A stretch of DNA of 63,835 nucleotides from an uncultured Candidatus Saccharibacteria bacterium. Its GTDB lineage: Bacteria > Patescibacteriota > Minisyncoccia > UBA6257 > 2-01-FULL-56-20. Below are positions 9,510 through 19,352 of the stretch, one piece after another (the first letter of the stretch is position 1; each line of letters opens with the position of its first letter). The stretch lies in NCBI GenBank assembly GCA_964374065.1, contig CAYJWW010000001.1:1-63835 (forward strand). The letters are read 5' to 3'. Below the pieces are notes generated by a model, which had not been told where the DNA came from, did not search any database, and was given only the letters and a program-made list of their open reading frames with translations. Made by a program: the position numbers and the translations under genes.

Positions 9510-10259
9510 CTATTTCCCTTTAAACTCGGCCTCAACCGCAGCCTTGAATTCCTCGTACGGCACCGCGCCCCGAACGAGCGTGTCGTTCACATACGTCGTA
9601 GGCGTGGCGTTCACGCCGAGCGATTGGATCTTCGAGGTTTCTTGCGTTATCGATTCGACGTACTTTTTACTCTTCACGCATTCACCGAACGTCTTGTCGT
9701 CAAGCCCCGATTCCTTACCAAGCTTCAAAAAAAGAGTTTCGTTCAGGTTGCCGTTATTCTCGGCACCGTCCAGGATCTCCGCGGTGAAGAGCGCATCATG
9801 ATATGGCCAGAATTTCCCTTGGTCCCGTGCGCACATCGCTGCGGCCGCGGCCTGAACGGACTCGTCTCCAAGGAACGCCAAGTCGCGGTACACCATCTTG
9901 GCTTTGCCGGTCTCTATATACTCCCTGCGGATCTTCTGCTCGATCTGATTGAAAAACCTTCCGCAGAATGGGCATTGGTAATCTCCGTATTCAACGATGG
10001 ACACTGGAGCGCTCGCTTGCCCCAACACCACATCGCCATCCCATGGCTCGGTCAGCGAACCGGTTTGTGCCGCAGGTTCGGCCGGATCGGGCTGAAGCGC
10101 AGGGGCATTCTCCCTTGGCGCTCCTTTCCCCGTATTCGTAGAATAGATAATGGAGGCCGAAATCAACAGCGCAGAAATCAAAACGCTCCCCGCGAGAAAG
10201 TTGTTAGAATCCGATCGATGGGACTCGCGATGTTCTTCCATGTCCCGCCAGAATATCAT
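9510..10259 (-). CDS. DsbA-family thiol:disulfide oxidoreductase, membrane anchored
   Basis: N-terminal TM helix, then a thioredoxin fold with the active site YQCPFCG (CxxC). Confidence 0.85.
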   Translation of the reverse strand: MIFWRDMEEHRESHRSDSNNFLAGSVLISALLISASIIYSTNTGKGAPRENAPALQPDPAEPAAQTGSLTEPWDGDVVLGQASAPVSIVEYGDYQCPFCGRFFNQIEQKIRREYIETGKAKMVYRDLAFLGDESVQAAAAAMCARDQGKFWPYHDALFTAEILDGAENNGNLNETLFLKLGKESGLDDKTFGECVKSKKYVESITQETSKIQSLGVNATPTTYVNDTLVRGAVPYEEFKAAVEAEFKGK

Positions 10260-10318
10260 GCGTGTAACTCTGGGTCAATCTTCGCTACCAGGAGGGGGTT
10301 GGAGTAAAATGAAACCTC

Positions 10319-10921
10319 ATGGAACCAGATGCATTCACGCAAGCCGCTTCATGGATAGCCGCGAACGGATATATACTGCTCTTCCTTGCGATGCTCATCG
10401 AGGGACCGTTCGTCACCACCGCCGCCGCCTTTGCGGCCGCACTGGGGCATTTGAACATTTCCGCCGTGCTCGCACTCGCATTTATCGGAGATCTCGTGAG
10501 CGATATCGCGTTTTATGTCATCGGATTCTGGGGAAGGGCCGCTGTCGTGGAACGATACGGCAAGTGGGTTGGAGCAACCAAGGAGCAGCTCCTGGGCGTT
10601 GAGGAACATTTCCAAAAGCACGGCGTCAAGGAATTGGTGGCGATGAAATTCTTGCCGATGCTCTCTACGATCGGCCTCGCGACCGCCGGAGCGCTCCGCA
10701 TGCCATTCCGCAAGTTCCTCATCACGGTCACACTCGTCATTATCCCGCGGACGCTCTTCTTCGGCGCGATCGGTTTCTACTTCGGGCATATATACGACCA
10801 GATCGCCCGCTATCTCCAGAACGCGCAGATCGCCTTCCTTGTTGTCGCCGCTGCGGGGATCGTCGCGTATTTCGCGTATCGGAGGATCACGGCGTATATA
10901 AGAAAGCGGTCGAATATATAG
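10319..10921 (+). CDS. DedA/SNARE-associated family membrane protein
   Basis: 200 aa and multi-TM. LFLAMLIEGPFVTTAAAFAAALG is typical of the DedA family. Confidence 0.8.
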   Translation: MEPDAFTQAASWIAANGYILLFLAMLIEGPFVTTAAAFAAALGHLNISAVLALAFIGDLVSDIAFYVIGFWGRAAVVERYGKWVGATKEQLLGVEEHFQKHGVKELVAMKFLPMLSTIGLATAGALRMPFRKFLITVTLVIIPRTLFFGAIGFYFGHIYDQIARYLQNAQIAFLVVAAAGIVAYFAYRRITAYIRKRSNI

Positions 10922-10936
10922 CATGGGCCTGCTTGT

Positions 10937-12115
10937 ATGAAACTCGCGGTTTTCTCGGATAACTTCTATCCGGAACATTCGGGGATCGCGGACTCCATAG
11001 CGACGATCGTGCCTGCGCTTGCGGCGCGCGGGCATATAATACAATGCTTTGGCCCTAAATATTCCCCGGAAGACTATAAGAAAGTGGGGCGTCCTCTCGC
11101 CGAGCCAGACTGGGGAAAAACCGTAACGTTCCACCGTTTTCCCGCATTTTCCGTCTCTTCCCCGAGCGGCCAAGGAAGGGTGGTGGTGCCTCGAGGAAGC
11201 GGCTACTTCGCGCTCCGCGCATTCCGCCCCGACATCGTGCATGCCCACCAGCCGTACGGCACGGGGCTTGAGGGACTCATCGCCGCGAGGATGCTCGGCG
11301 CGCCGCTCGTGGGCACCGAACATACCCCGATCCGGGAATTCGCAAGCCGGTATGGGATGTTTCGCGGAGCGCTCAAGGGGATCCTGTGGGAGCGATACGA
11401 TGCATGGTTCTATAATCGATGCGATTTCGTAAGTTCTCCCACGCAAGCGATTTTCGATTCGTGGAAAGGGTTCAACCAGGCCATTCCGCATCGGCCTGTG
11501 CCGAATCCGATCGATGCGACGGAGTTCGTCCCGCCGAAAAAACGCCCGGCAAAAGGATTCATCCTCCTCTATGCGGGAAGATTTGCAAGAGAGAAGAATC
11601 TCGACCACATACTGCATGCCGCAGCAAAAGTGGCGCCAAAAATCCCGGGGTTCGTGCTTCGCCTCGTGGGACAGGGGCCGGTGCTCGGCGAGATGAAAGC
11701 GCTCGCGGCGCGGCTCGGCATAGAACGCTTCGTAGAATTCAAGGGGTTTGTCCCTGAACGCGAACTGCCCCGCGTATATCGAGCGGCGCATGCGTTCGTA
11801 ATCGTAAGTTCCGCGGAAACGCAGAGCATCGTGGCGATGCAGGCGATGCTCTCCTCGCTTCCTGTTATCGCGGTCCCGATGTGGGGGCTGAAGGAATACA
11901 TCAAGAGAAGCACCGGCATATTCGTCCCCGTCGGCGACATCGATGCGCTCGCGAATGCCGTCATGCGGCTCCATAAGAACCCCGCGCTTCGGGAGCGCCT
12001 CGGGAACGCCGGGAGAAAGTCCGCGCTCGCCTACCATACTCCATTCATTGCGGCACTATGGGAAACAATATATAAAGAAGTACGCACTTCGCATGTCTCC
12101 CGTGCCAGAAAATAA
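10937..12115 (+). CDS. glycosyltransferase family 4 (GT-B fold)
   Basis: MKLAVFSDNFYPEHSGIADS N-terminus and a C-terminal ETQSIVAMQAM (E-x7-E-like) region typical of GT4 enzymes. Confidence 0.85.
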   Translation: MKLAVFSDNFYPEHSGIADSIATIVPALAARGHIIQCFGPKYSPEDYKKVGRPLAEPDWGKTVTFHRFPAFSVSSPSGQGRVVVPRGSGYFALRAFRPDIVHAHQPYGTGLEGLIAARMLGAPLVGTEHTPIREFASRYGMFRGALKGILWERYDAWFYNRCDFVSSPTQAIFDSWKGFNQAIPHRPVPNPIDATEFVPPKKRPAKGFILLYAGRFAREKNLDHILHAAAKVAPKIPGFVLRLVGQGPVLGEMKALAARLGIERFVEFKGFVPERELPRVYRAAHAFVIVSSAETQSIVAMQAMLSSLPVIAVPMWGLKEYIKRSTGIFVPVGDIDALANAVMRLHKNPALRERLGNAGRKSALAYHTPFIAALWETIYKEVRTSHVSRARK

Positions 12116-12839
12116 GACCCCTGAATTCAGCTTCGTTATTCCTGCATATAACGAAGAAAAGCGTATCGGCGGCTGCATTGCCTCCATATCGGCCGAGATC
12201 GAGCGCGAGGGATGCGCTGCGGAAATCATCGTCGTGAATAACGCCTCGACAGACGGAACCGCCGCGACTGCGTTATCGTACCGAAACGTACGCGTCGAAG
12301 AGGAACCCCTGAAGGGTCTTACCCGGGCGCGTCAAAAAGGGCTTCTGTCCGCTCGAGGGGATTTTGTGGCATATCTTGACGCGGATAGCCGCATCGGACC
12401 GGGATGGATCGGGGTCGTCCGCAAAGATTTTATTTCCGCGGATGTCGTCTCGGTCTCCGGCGCTCCGAGATACTACGACCTCACCGGTTTAAAAAAATGT
12501 TCTGCCGAGATGGGATGGCTCCTCGCCGCGCCGCCAGCGTACTGGATTGCTGGCTATATGATTTGGGGTGGAAGTTTCGTGGTGCGAAAGCGGGCGCTCC
12601 ACGCTGCCGGAGGATTTGATACGTCAATCGTGTTCTACGGCGAAGATACCGATATCGCCAAGCGGCTCCGCCGCGTGGGGAAGACGGTGTTCCATTTCCG
12701 ATTCCCGGTGACCACTTCCGGACGGCGCCTGGCAAAACGCGGGCTACTTGCTACCTATTGCATCTACGGACTCAACTTCGTTTGGGAGGCGGTTTTTCAA
12801 AAGCCGTTCACAAAAGGGCGGGAAGAAGATGTTCGCTGA
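12093..12839 (+). CDS. glycosyltransferase family 2
   Basis: FSFVIPAYNEE start motif and a DAD (DxD) motif. Start at the internal ATG at 12093, overlapping the end of the GT4 gene. Confidence 0.85.
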   Translation: MSPVPENKTPEFSFVIPAYNEEKRIGGCIASISAEIEREGCAAEIIVVNNASTDGTAATALSYRNVRVEEEPLKGLTRARQKGLLSARGDFVAYLDADSRIGPGWIGVVRKDFISADVVSVSGAPRYYDLTGLKKCSAEMGWLLAAPPAYWIAGYMIWGGSFVVRKRALHAAGGFDTSIVFYGEDTDIAKRLRRVGKTVFHFRFPVTTSGRRLAKRGLLATYCIYGLNFVWEAVFQKPFTKGREEDVR

Positions 12840-13350
12840 TAGATCTTCCCGCCGCGCCGCGGCCGCAACGGCAATTTGGGGATGCACCGCGTTGATGGTA
12901 GCGGTGTTCGCGGTCCGGAATTCCGTTCAGGCGCTTCTCTTTCTTTTTTACGGCTTACTGTTATGGAACACCTTACTTTCGATCCGCTTTTTCGAAAAAC
13001 TTCTGCCGCGGCAGCCGATCATCGACGGCGCGCTTTTCGCGCTCTATATACTGCTTGCCCTCGCGATTCCCTTTGCTCGTGGGTTCGCAACGATCGCGGT
13101 CATCCTATTCTTTGTCGCCACGCTCAAGTATGCGGTCCTCCTGCCGAGCGGCGCGCTCACCTCGCTCCTCCGGAGAAAAACGCTGATCGATTCCATGGGA
13201 ATGATCCTTGCGGTCGTGGCGTGGACAGGGATATTCCTTGGACACGAACTGCCCGCGGTCGCCGGCTGGACGGTGATATTTGCGGCGGCAAACTATTACT
13301 TCATCTTCAAGAACCCCCTCTACTCCATCGCGCCCGCCCGCAAACCCTAA
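12829..13350 (+). CDS. polytopic membrane protein, unknown function
   Basis: About 5 hydrophobic helices. ATG at 12829 overlaps the GT2 stop, suggesting operon coupling with the glycosyltransferases. Confidence 0.6.
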   Translation: MFADRSSRRAAAATAIWGCTALMVAVFAVRNSVQALLFLFYGLLLWNTLLSIRFFEKLLPRQPIIDGALFALYILLALAIPFARGFATIAVILFFVATLKYAVLLPSGALTSLLRRKTLIDSMGMILAVVAWTGIFLGHELPAVAGWTVIFAAANYYFIFKNPLYSIAPARKP

Positions 13351-13970
13351 TCCAGTTTGGCTAACGCGTCTTTCACCGCCTCGTCGTCCGGCCAATAGGA
13401 TAGTATCTCTTCCCCCACGGCCCTCATTCCTCGTTCGTCTTTTTTGCCGCGATAGATCTCGAAAAGCCCGTAGAGAAACTGGGGGCGCTTCGGAGAAAGC
13501 GTAAGTCCCCATTCGTAGTAGCGCTTTGCAACCTCAAAATACTTTGCCTCGCCGGTTTTAAGGAACGCGATCTCGTTCATTTGCCCGAGGCCAAAAATAT
13601 ACTGGACGTAGCTTGGGGTTTTCCCTCCCTCTACGATCGATCGATAGAGCTCCTCTAGGTAGCGGGTAAGCCCTTCGATCACGAGGGGGTCATCGCTCGT
13701 TCGCATCGTGTTCAAGAGGATGCCACCGACGTTTCGGACCAGCTCTTCCCTGCCGTACGGAGAGGGCATCCGGTCCAATGAGACGGCTATAAGATCCTCG
13801 AATTCCGCGAGCGAACGCACGTCTTCCAAATTGCGGATGGTGCCGATGAAAGCTCGCGACTTGGCGAACGGAAGGTAGTTGCCGTACACGCCGATCGTAA
13901 GGACGAAGGCGCCAAAAACCGCCGCGATGAATTTTTTGGCCTGCGGCCCCAATATATCGTTACGCGGCAT
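13347..13970 (-). CDS. membrane-anchored hypothetical protein with helical-repeat (TPR-like) C-terminus
   Basis: MPRNDILGPQAKKFIAAVFGAFVLTIGVYG provides a TM anchor, followed by a helical region. Start at the internal ATG at 13970; the longer ORF-track version overlaps the ligase gene. Confidence 0.6.
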   Translation of the reverse strand: MPRNDILGPQAKKFIAAVFGAFVLTIGVYGNYLPFAKSRAFIGTIRNLEDVRSLAEFEDLIAVSLDRMPSPYGREELVRNVGGILLNTMRTSDDPLVIEGLTRYLEELYRSIVEGGKTPSYVQYIFGLGQMNEIAFLKTGEAKYFEVAKRYYEWGLTLSPKRPQFLYGLFEIYRGKKDERGMRAVGEEILSYWPDDEAVKDALAKLD

Positions 13971-15333
13971 GGTGCTCTTTTGATTCTTTGGAACGCATGC
14001 GCAAAAAGACCGTGAATCCGATGAGCGCGAAAAGATGGAGGTATGTCGGGAGAACATCGAACAGCAATATCCCCTGGACGAGGTATGCGACGGTGAATGC
14101 GAAGAGCACCCCTGTCGCCACCACCCCCTTCGGCCCTTCGCGAAAACGGATGCGGAAGATGGTGAAGAGCAGCGTAATGACCAGCGCAAGATACGAGAGG
14201 ATGCCCAGCGCTCCTGCCGCGATCAAGTAATCGAAGAACACATTATGCGCGCGGTCGTACCACGTATCGGAATTCTGGTTCCATTCAAAGTGCCGCGGAT
14301 CGAAATATTTGTCGTACACATAGGTAAAGTTCTCCAGTCCCCAGCCCAAAAGCGGACGCTCGCGGAATCCCTTCCATGCCGCCTCCCATACCCACGCCCG
14401 CGTCGTGATAGATCGATCGTTCACGTTGAGGCGCAAGAGCCTCCCCACGATGGGAAGGTCTTTGACCGCAGGATGGCTTCGGAACGCCCACGCAGCGGAT
14501 CCGGTGAGTATGCATACAATAAGGACCCCCGCAGCGTACGGTCGGAGCCGATGCCGGAGACGAAAGGCAAGATACGCGAGGAACGCAAAGGCCCCAAGAA
14601 CGAGCGCGACGAACGACCCTCTGGTTTGCGTGAATAAAAAGAAGTAGAGGAACGTCGCTGACAGGACTCCAAGAAAAATCCGTTCTCTTCGAATTTTGGA
14701 ATCAAGAAAGAGCCACGCAATCCATGCCTGCAAAAAAAGGAGGAATGAGCCGGTATAGGCAGCGTTGCCTAAGGACCCCCAAAAGCGCTGGTTCAGCCAT
14801 CCTTGAACACCTACCGGGCCCAGAAGGAGGACGCTTGCCGAGGGAAAACCGAATATCGCTGCGATCCAGTCGCGATACGACACCAGGATCCCATACCCCA
14901 CGACGAAAATCCCCGCCGCCAGCAATACCCGCATAAGCGCTCGCCAATCTTCGCGGGTTTTCAGCACCAGAAGCATGAGGACGAAAAAGACGTAGTAGTG
15001 CAGTATTTGGAACATGCCGTCGCCTCGTTCGTAGTTCGACCAGAACGCTGCGCTCCTGTCGTGGGCGAACACGCTTGATGCAAGGAGAACAAGAACGAAT
15101 ATCGAAACCGCGATTGTGAGCGGTTCGCGGAATACGCGCCGGAGCCGGACGACAAGCTCCTTGCCGGCATCTTCGAACGCCCACGCGAATACGGCGAAAA
15201 TCAGCGCGAACTCGATGCAAAAACGGAAGAAATAATACTTCCCGCCGATGAAGGGGAAAAACGTGGTGGGGAGCACGACCGCGACCGAAAGAAGCGAGAG
15301 GTACAGGAAGTATTGGGAGAAGCGGAGCAGCAT
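13960..15333 (-). CDS. O-antigen ligase/polymerase (Wzy_C) family membrane protein
   Basis: 457 aa and about 12 TM. A central loop with TQTRGSFVAL is typical of the O-antigen ligase-like family. Confidence 0.8.
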   Translation of the reverse strand: MLLRFSQYFLYLSLLSVAVVLPTTFFPFIGGKYYFFRFCIEFALIFAVFAWAFEDAGKELVVRLRRVFREPLTIAVSIFVLVLLASSVFAHDRSAAFWSNYERGDGMFQILHYYVFFVLMLLVLKTREDWRALMRVLLAAGIFVVGYGILVSYRDWIAAIFGFPSASVLLLGPVGVQGWLNQRFWGSLGNAAYTGSFLLFLQAWIAWLFLDSKIRRERIFLGVLSATFLYFFLFTQTRGSFVALVLGAFAFLAYLAFRLRHRLRPYAAGVLIVCILTGSAAWAFRSHPAVKDLPIVGRLLRLNVNDRSITTRAWVWEAAWKGFRERPLLGWGLENFTYVYDKYFDPRHFEWNQNSDTWYDRAHNVFFDYLIAAGALGILSYLALVITLLFTIFRIRFREGPKGVVATGVLFAFTVAYLVQGILLFDVLPTYLHLFALIGFTVFLRMRSKESKEHHAA

Positions 15334-15336
15334 GCG

Positions 15337-15460
15337 ATTGAATTTCTAATGACCAATTTCTAATTGCCCTAATGAATGACCAATGCCCTAATGAATACGC
15401 ATTTTTGGAATTCGTGCGTGGAGCTTGATTAGAAATTAGATCAATTAGGCATTAGAAACT
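15337..15460. repeat. AT-rich intergenic repeat module (direct and inverted copies of AATTTCTAAT / TGCCCTAATGAAT)
   Basis: AATTTCTAAT at 15341 and 15355 (14-nt phase), with its reverse complement at 15428. TGCCCTAATGAAT at 15365 and 15384. CATTAGAA at 15450. Confidence 0.8.
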
Positions 15461-15465
15461 TTCGC

Positions 15466-16989
15466 TTACCTCGCGTACTCCACCGCCCGCATTTCGCGGA
15501 TCACGTTCACTTTTATTTCGCCGGGGTATTTGAGTTCCGACTGGATCCGGTTCGCAGTTTCGCGCGCGAGCTCGAGCGCGCGAAAGTCGTCCACCTTTTC
15601 CGGGACCACGAAAATACGAAGCTCGCGTCCCGCGGATATGGCATAGGCTTGTTTCACGCCTGGAAACTCCATCGCAATTCGTTCGAGATCCTGCAGGCGC
15701 TTGATGTAATTCTCCACGGTATCCCGACGCGCACCGGGACGAGCGGCGGAGAGTACGTCTGCGGCGGTAACCACGAACGCTTCCGGACTTGCGTACGGGT
15801 AATCCTCGTGATGCGACTGCATCGCCTCAATGATCTTTTCGTCAATACCGTACTTTTTAAGGATTTTCCTTCCGAGTTCGACGTGCGTCCCTTGCACCTC
15901 GTGGTCGATGGCCTTGCCGATGTCGTGGAGAAGCGCCCCTTTCCTGGCCACTTCGACATTGAGCCCCAACTCGGCCGCGATCATTTGTGAAATATAGGTC
16001 ATCTCGATCGAGTGCATGAGCACGTTCTGCCCGTAACTCGTGCGGAAATGGAGCCGGCCGATCAGTTGGACGATTTCCTTCGGCAGGTCATACACGCCGA
16101 CTTCCATGGTCGCGGCTTCTCCGATCTCTTGGACGCGTTTCTGAAGCTCGGCTTTCGCTTCTTCCACTTTCTCCTCGATCTTCGCGGGCTGAATTCTGCC
16201 GTCTTTTATGAGCTTTACGAGCGCAAGCCGGGCGACTTCCCGTCGATAGGGGTCGAAGGAGGAGATGACGATGGAATCCGGCGTTTCGTCGATCACAAGC
16301 TCCACGCCGGTAGCCCGCTCTAACGCGCGGATATTCCTGCCTTCGCGGCCGATGATCTTCCCCTTGAGCTCTTCGTCCGCAATGGGGAATGCGGTCGTCG
16401 TAAGTTCCGCGACGTGCGAACGCGCATACCGCTGGAGCGCGATGGTGATGACCTCCAAGGCCCTTTTTTCCACTTCGTCCCGCCGCTCCTGATCGAACTT
16501 CTGGACACATTCGGCGAGCTCCCGCGAGTTCTCCGTCCGAACTTCTTCGAGTAGCATCGACTTCGCGGACTCCTTGCTTAAATTGGAAATTTCTTCAAGC
16601 CGACTGAGCGCCTTTTCCCGAACTTTCGATACCGCTTCGCGATCGCGGTCCAGCGCTTCACTCCGCTCTTTTAGCTTCTTCTCCTCGTCATCGAGACCTG
16701 CGTACCGTTTGTCGATCACCGCTTCGCGTTCACGAAGCCGGGCTTCGATGCCTTCGAGCTGCTTTTTCCGCTCACGCTCTTCCCGCGCCGCCTCCGCCAA
16801 AAAGGCGGCGGCTTTTTCTTTGCCTTCTACGGTTATCTCTTTCGCTCGAGCCTCGGCTTCCTCGAGCTTTCGCTTTATGTCGGCCTCAACGGAGTTACGC
16901 TGCTGCGCCGCGAGATATCGCCGAATGAGAAACCCCAGCCCGGTGCCCACCGCAAGTCCGAGCGCGAGAAACACGGTCCCCGATTCCAT
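15466..16989 (-). CDS. rny: ribonuclease Y
   Basis: N-terminal TM helix, a long coiled coil, a KH domain (GREGRNIRALE) and an HD domain (LLHDIGKA). Confidence 0.95.
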   Translation of the reverse strand: MESGTVFLALGLAVGTGLGFLIRRYLAAQQRNSVEADIKRKLEEAEARAKEITVEGKEKAAAFLAEAAREERERKKQLEGIEARLREREAVIDKRYAGLDDEEKKLKERSEALDRDREAVSKVREKALSRLEEISNLSKESAKSMLLEEVRTENSRELAECVQKFDQERRDEVEKRALEVITIALQRYARSHVAELTTTAFPIADEELKGKIIGREGRNIRALERATGVELVIDETPDSIVISSFDPYRREVARLALVKLIKDGRIQPAKIEEKVEEAKAELQKRVQEIGEAATMEVGVYDLPKEIVQLIGRLHFRTSYGQNVLMHSIEMTYISQMIAAELGLNVEVARKGALLHDIGKAIDHEVQGTHVELGRKILKKYGIDEKIIEAMQSHHEDYPYASPEAFVVTAADVLSAARPGARRDTVENYIKRLQDLERIAMEFPGVKQAYAISAGRELRIFVVPEKVDDFRALELARETANRIQSELKYPGEIKVNVIREMRAVEYAR

Positions 16990-17173
16990 TATGTGAATAA
17001 ATCCCTAAATTCTTCATGTTCGATGTTCCCGATCTCCTCTCCGCCATATCACCGCTGAGAGGTGAATTTTTTAGGAATAAGAAATTAAGTGACTCTTTAA
17101 TTCGATTCGGATTATACAAAATTCGGTGCGATTCCGTCAATCCGCGCAGAACACGGGCAAATCCCAATTTCCT

Positions 17174-17182
17174 TGGTACAAT
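17174..17182 (+). promoter_or_regulatory. possible extended -10 promoter (TGgTACAAT) of gpmI
   Basis: TGGTACAAT lies 14 nt upstream of the gpmI ATG. No clear -35 was seen, and the leader would be very short. Confidence 0.35.
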
Positions 17183-17195
17183 GGACGGATAATCA

Positions 17196-18728
17196 ATGAA
17201 ACAGACCGTAGCGCTTATCATTCTTGACGGCTGGGGCATCGGATCCGCGAGCGAAACGAACCCTATCCACGTAGCGGCTCCCGAACGTTTCAAATGGCTC
17301 GAGGATAATTTCCCCGTCACGAGCCTTCAGGCGTCCGGCATCAACGTGGGGCTCCCATGGGGAGAAGTCGGAAATAGCGAGGTGGGGCACCTATCGCTCG
17401 GCGCGGGCAAGATCATATACCAGTATTTCCCCAAGATCTCTATGGCGATCAAGGACGGCACTTTCTTTTCAAATGCAGTGCTGAAACGGGCGTTCGCGCA
17501 TGCGAAGGAGCGGGGCACGGGGGTGAACTTTGTGGGCCTTCTCTCCAATGCAAACGTACACGCCTCGTTCGATCATCTTCAGGCGCTTCTCCGCATGGCG
17601 GAGCAAGAGGGCGTTCCGAACGTAAAGCTCCACCTGTTCGCGGACGGGAAAGATAGCGGTCCGAAAAGCATCGATAGGCTGCTCCTCGCGCTTCCCAAGG
17701 AAAAACTTGCGAGTCTTATCGGCAGGTACTATGCAATGAACCGGAACGAACAGTGGTCGCTCACCGCCCAAACATACGGATGCCTCGTCGGAACAAGCGG
17801 GCAAGCGGTAGACGATCCGTCTCCCGCGATCGAGGCGATCTTCCGCCGCGGCATGTCCGAGGAGTTCTTGCCGCCTCTCCGCATCGGGCAAGGGAAACAG
17901 ATAGCCGCGGGCGATGCGGTATTATTCTTCAACTACCGCGAAGACAGCATGCGGCAGATCGCCGCCGCGTTCATCAAAAAGGATTTCAGCGAGTTCCCGC
18001 GCCAAAAGCCGGACGACCTTTTCATCGCCACAATGACGCCGTACAAAAGGGACTTCGACGCGCCTGCCGCGTTCATGCCAGACATGGCGGAGATGCCGCT
18101 CGCGGAAGTGCTTTCCAAAAATAATAAGTCGCAGCTGCGAATAGCGGAAACGTACAAGTACGCGCACGTCACGTATTTTTTCAACGGCTACCGCGAGGAA
18201 CCCTACGCCGGCGAATACCGAGTGCTTATTCCGTCGCTTAATCTCGCACACCCGGAGGAGCGACCGGAGCTCATGGCCCCCGCCATTACTGACCGGCTGA
18301 TCGAAACGATTCGAGGGCAGGCGTTTGATTTCGTACTCGCCAACTACTCGAATCCTGACACTATCGCGCATACCGGCAATTACCAGTCGTGCCTCCAAAC
18401 GGTCAAAGTGATCGACCGAGAGATCGGAAGAGTTGTGGATGCGGCGCTTGCCACGTCCGCTATCGTGCTTATTACCTCCGATCATGGAAATATTGAACAG
18501 GTGCTGAACGCGACGACCGGACAGACGGAAACCCAACACGATCCGAATCCTGTTCCGTTCCATCTAGTCGGGAAGAGATTCGAGAAAAGGAAGTTTTGGA
18601 ACTCGCAGAATTTTCGAACCGACCCGCTTGGCCTCCTCTCCGACGTTGCGCCGACTGTGCTCGAACTGATGCGCATACCGCAGCCAAAAGAGATGACCGG
18701 CAAAAGCTTGCTCCGGAACCTGCTATAA
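17196..18728 (+). CDS. gpmI: 2,3-bisphosphoglycerate-independent phosphoglycerate mutase
   Basis: ILDGWG, NSEVGHLSLGAG, QLRIAETYKYAHVTYFFNG and TSDHGN motifs. Confidence 0.95.
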   Translation: MKQTVALIILDGWGIGSASETNPIHVAAPERFKWLEDNFPVTSLQASGINVGLPWGEVGNSEVGHLSLGAGKIIYQYFPKISMAIKDGTFFSNAVLKRAFAHAKERGTGVNFVGLLSNANVHASFDHLQALLRMAEQEGVPNVKLHLFADGKDSGPKSIDRLLLALPKEKLASLIGRYYAMNRNEQWSLTAQTYGCLVGTSGQAVDDPSPAIEAIFRRGMSEEFLPPLRIGQGKQIAAGDAVLFFNYREDSMRQIAAAFIKKDFSEFPRQKPDDLFIATMTPYKRDFDAPAAFMPDMAEMPLAEVLSKNNKSQLRIAETYKYAHVTYFFNGYREEPYAGEYRVLIPSLNLAHPEERPELMAPAITDRLIETIRGQAFDFVLANYSNPDTIAHTGNYQSCLQTVKVIDREIGRVVDAALATSAIVLITSDHGNIEQVLNATTGQTETQHDPNPVPFHLVGKRFEKRKFWNSQNFRTDPLGLLSDVAPTVLELMRIPQPKEMTGKSLLRNLL

Positions 18729-18741
18729 TGAGCGTGCTGAC

Positions 18742-19095
18742 ATGCGATTGATCGCCCGCCTCATCGTTGCCGTAATCGCGAATGCCGCGGGGCTCCTTGC
18801 GGCGCAGTATTTTATACCGGGATTTACTCTTACCCCGGGGCTTAAGGAGATCCTTCTCGTCGCCCTCCTTCTCACTGCCATTAATGTATTTTTAAAGCAC
18901 GCCATTAAGCTCCTTTTGGGTCCCGTGATCGTCCTTACGTTCGGCCTCGGGCTCCTGGCCGTAAATATTCTCCTTCTCAAGTTCCTTGACTTACTTTCGG
19001 ATAGTCTTACCATTCATACGGTTCCGGCGCTCATATTCGCATCACTCCTCATCGGAGCGGTCAACTTTGTCTTCCATCTTGCAACTAAAAAATGA
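18742..19095 (+). CDS. phage-holin-4-like / YvlD (DUF360) small membrane protein
   Basis: 117 aa and 4 TM. The motif IANAAGLLAAQYFIPGF is typical of this family. Confidence 0.65.
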   Translation: MRLIARLIVAVIANAAGLLAAQYFIPGFTLTPGLKEILLVALLLTAINVFLKHAIKLLLGPVIVLTFGLGLLAVNILLLKFLDLLSDSLTIHTVPALIFASLLIGAVNFVFHLATKK

Positions 19096-19301
19096 TCCCT
19101 GTATTCCAAATCATCATCTCCGTCGCTCTGATAATCTCGATACTCCTCCAAACGCGCGGCGGCGGAACGTCCGGACTTTTCGGCGGCGACGGCGGCGGGT
19201 TCTACCAAGCGCGACGCGGTCTTGAGAAAGCTCTTTTTTGGGGCACCATTGCGCTTGCGGCGGCATTCATCGGCCTTGCGGTCGTCCAGCTTCTTCGTTG
19301 A
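19092..19301 (+). CDS. secG: preprotein translocase subunit SecG
   Basis: 69 aa. SILLQTRGGGTSGLFGG is the SecG signature. ATGA overlap with the upstream gene. Confidence 0.85.
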   Translation: MIPVFQIIISVALIISILLQTRGGGTSGLFGGDGGGFYQARRGLEKALFWGTIALAAAFIGLAVVQLLR

Positions 19302-19352
19302 ATGGAGCCTTAAAGACCTCGGCCCTTTTCGGGCCTTGAGGCGGTTCGAGCT

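Noticed and set aside
10349-12037. 562-aa minus-strand ORF, one of the longest in the track
   Set aside because: It is antisense to the DedA and GT4 genes, which have clear family motifs. Its translation is Arg/Gly/Glu/Pro-rich with no motifs, which is typical of a spurious open frame in GC-rich DNA.
13971-14189. Longer 280-aa version of the 13347 gene
   Set aside because: The extra 73 N-terminal residues are Ser/Arg/Cys-rich and fully overlap the O-antigen-ligase gene. The internal ATG at 13970 gives a sensible TM-anchored N-terminus.
15337-15460. Possible CRISPR array or CRISPR remnant, because of short repeated words
   Set aside because: The repeat units are only 10-13 nt at 14-19-nt phase, with no unique spacers of 25 nt or more between them. 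Copies occur in both orientations. No cas genes are in the window.
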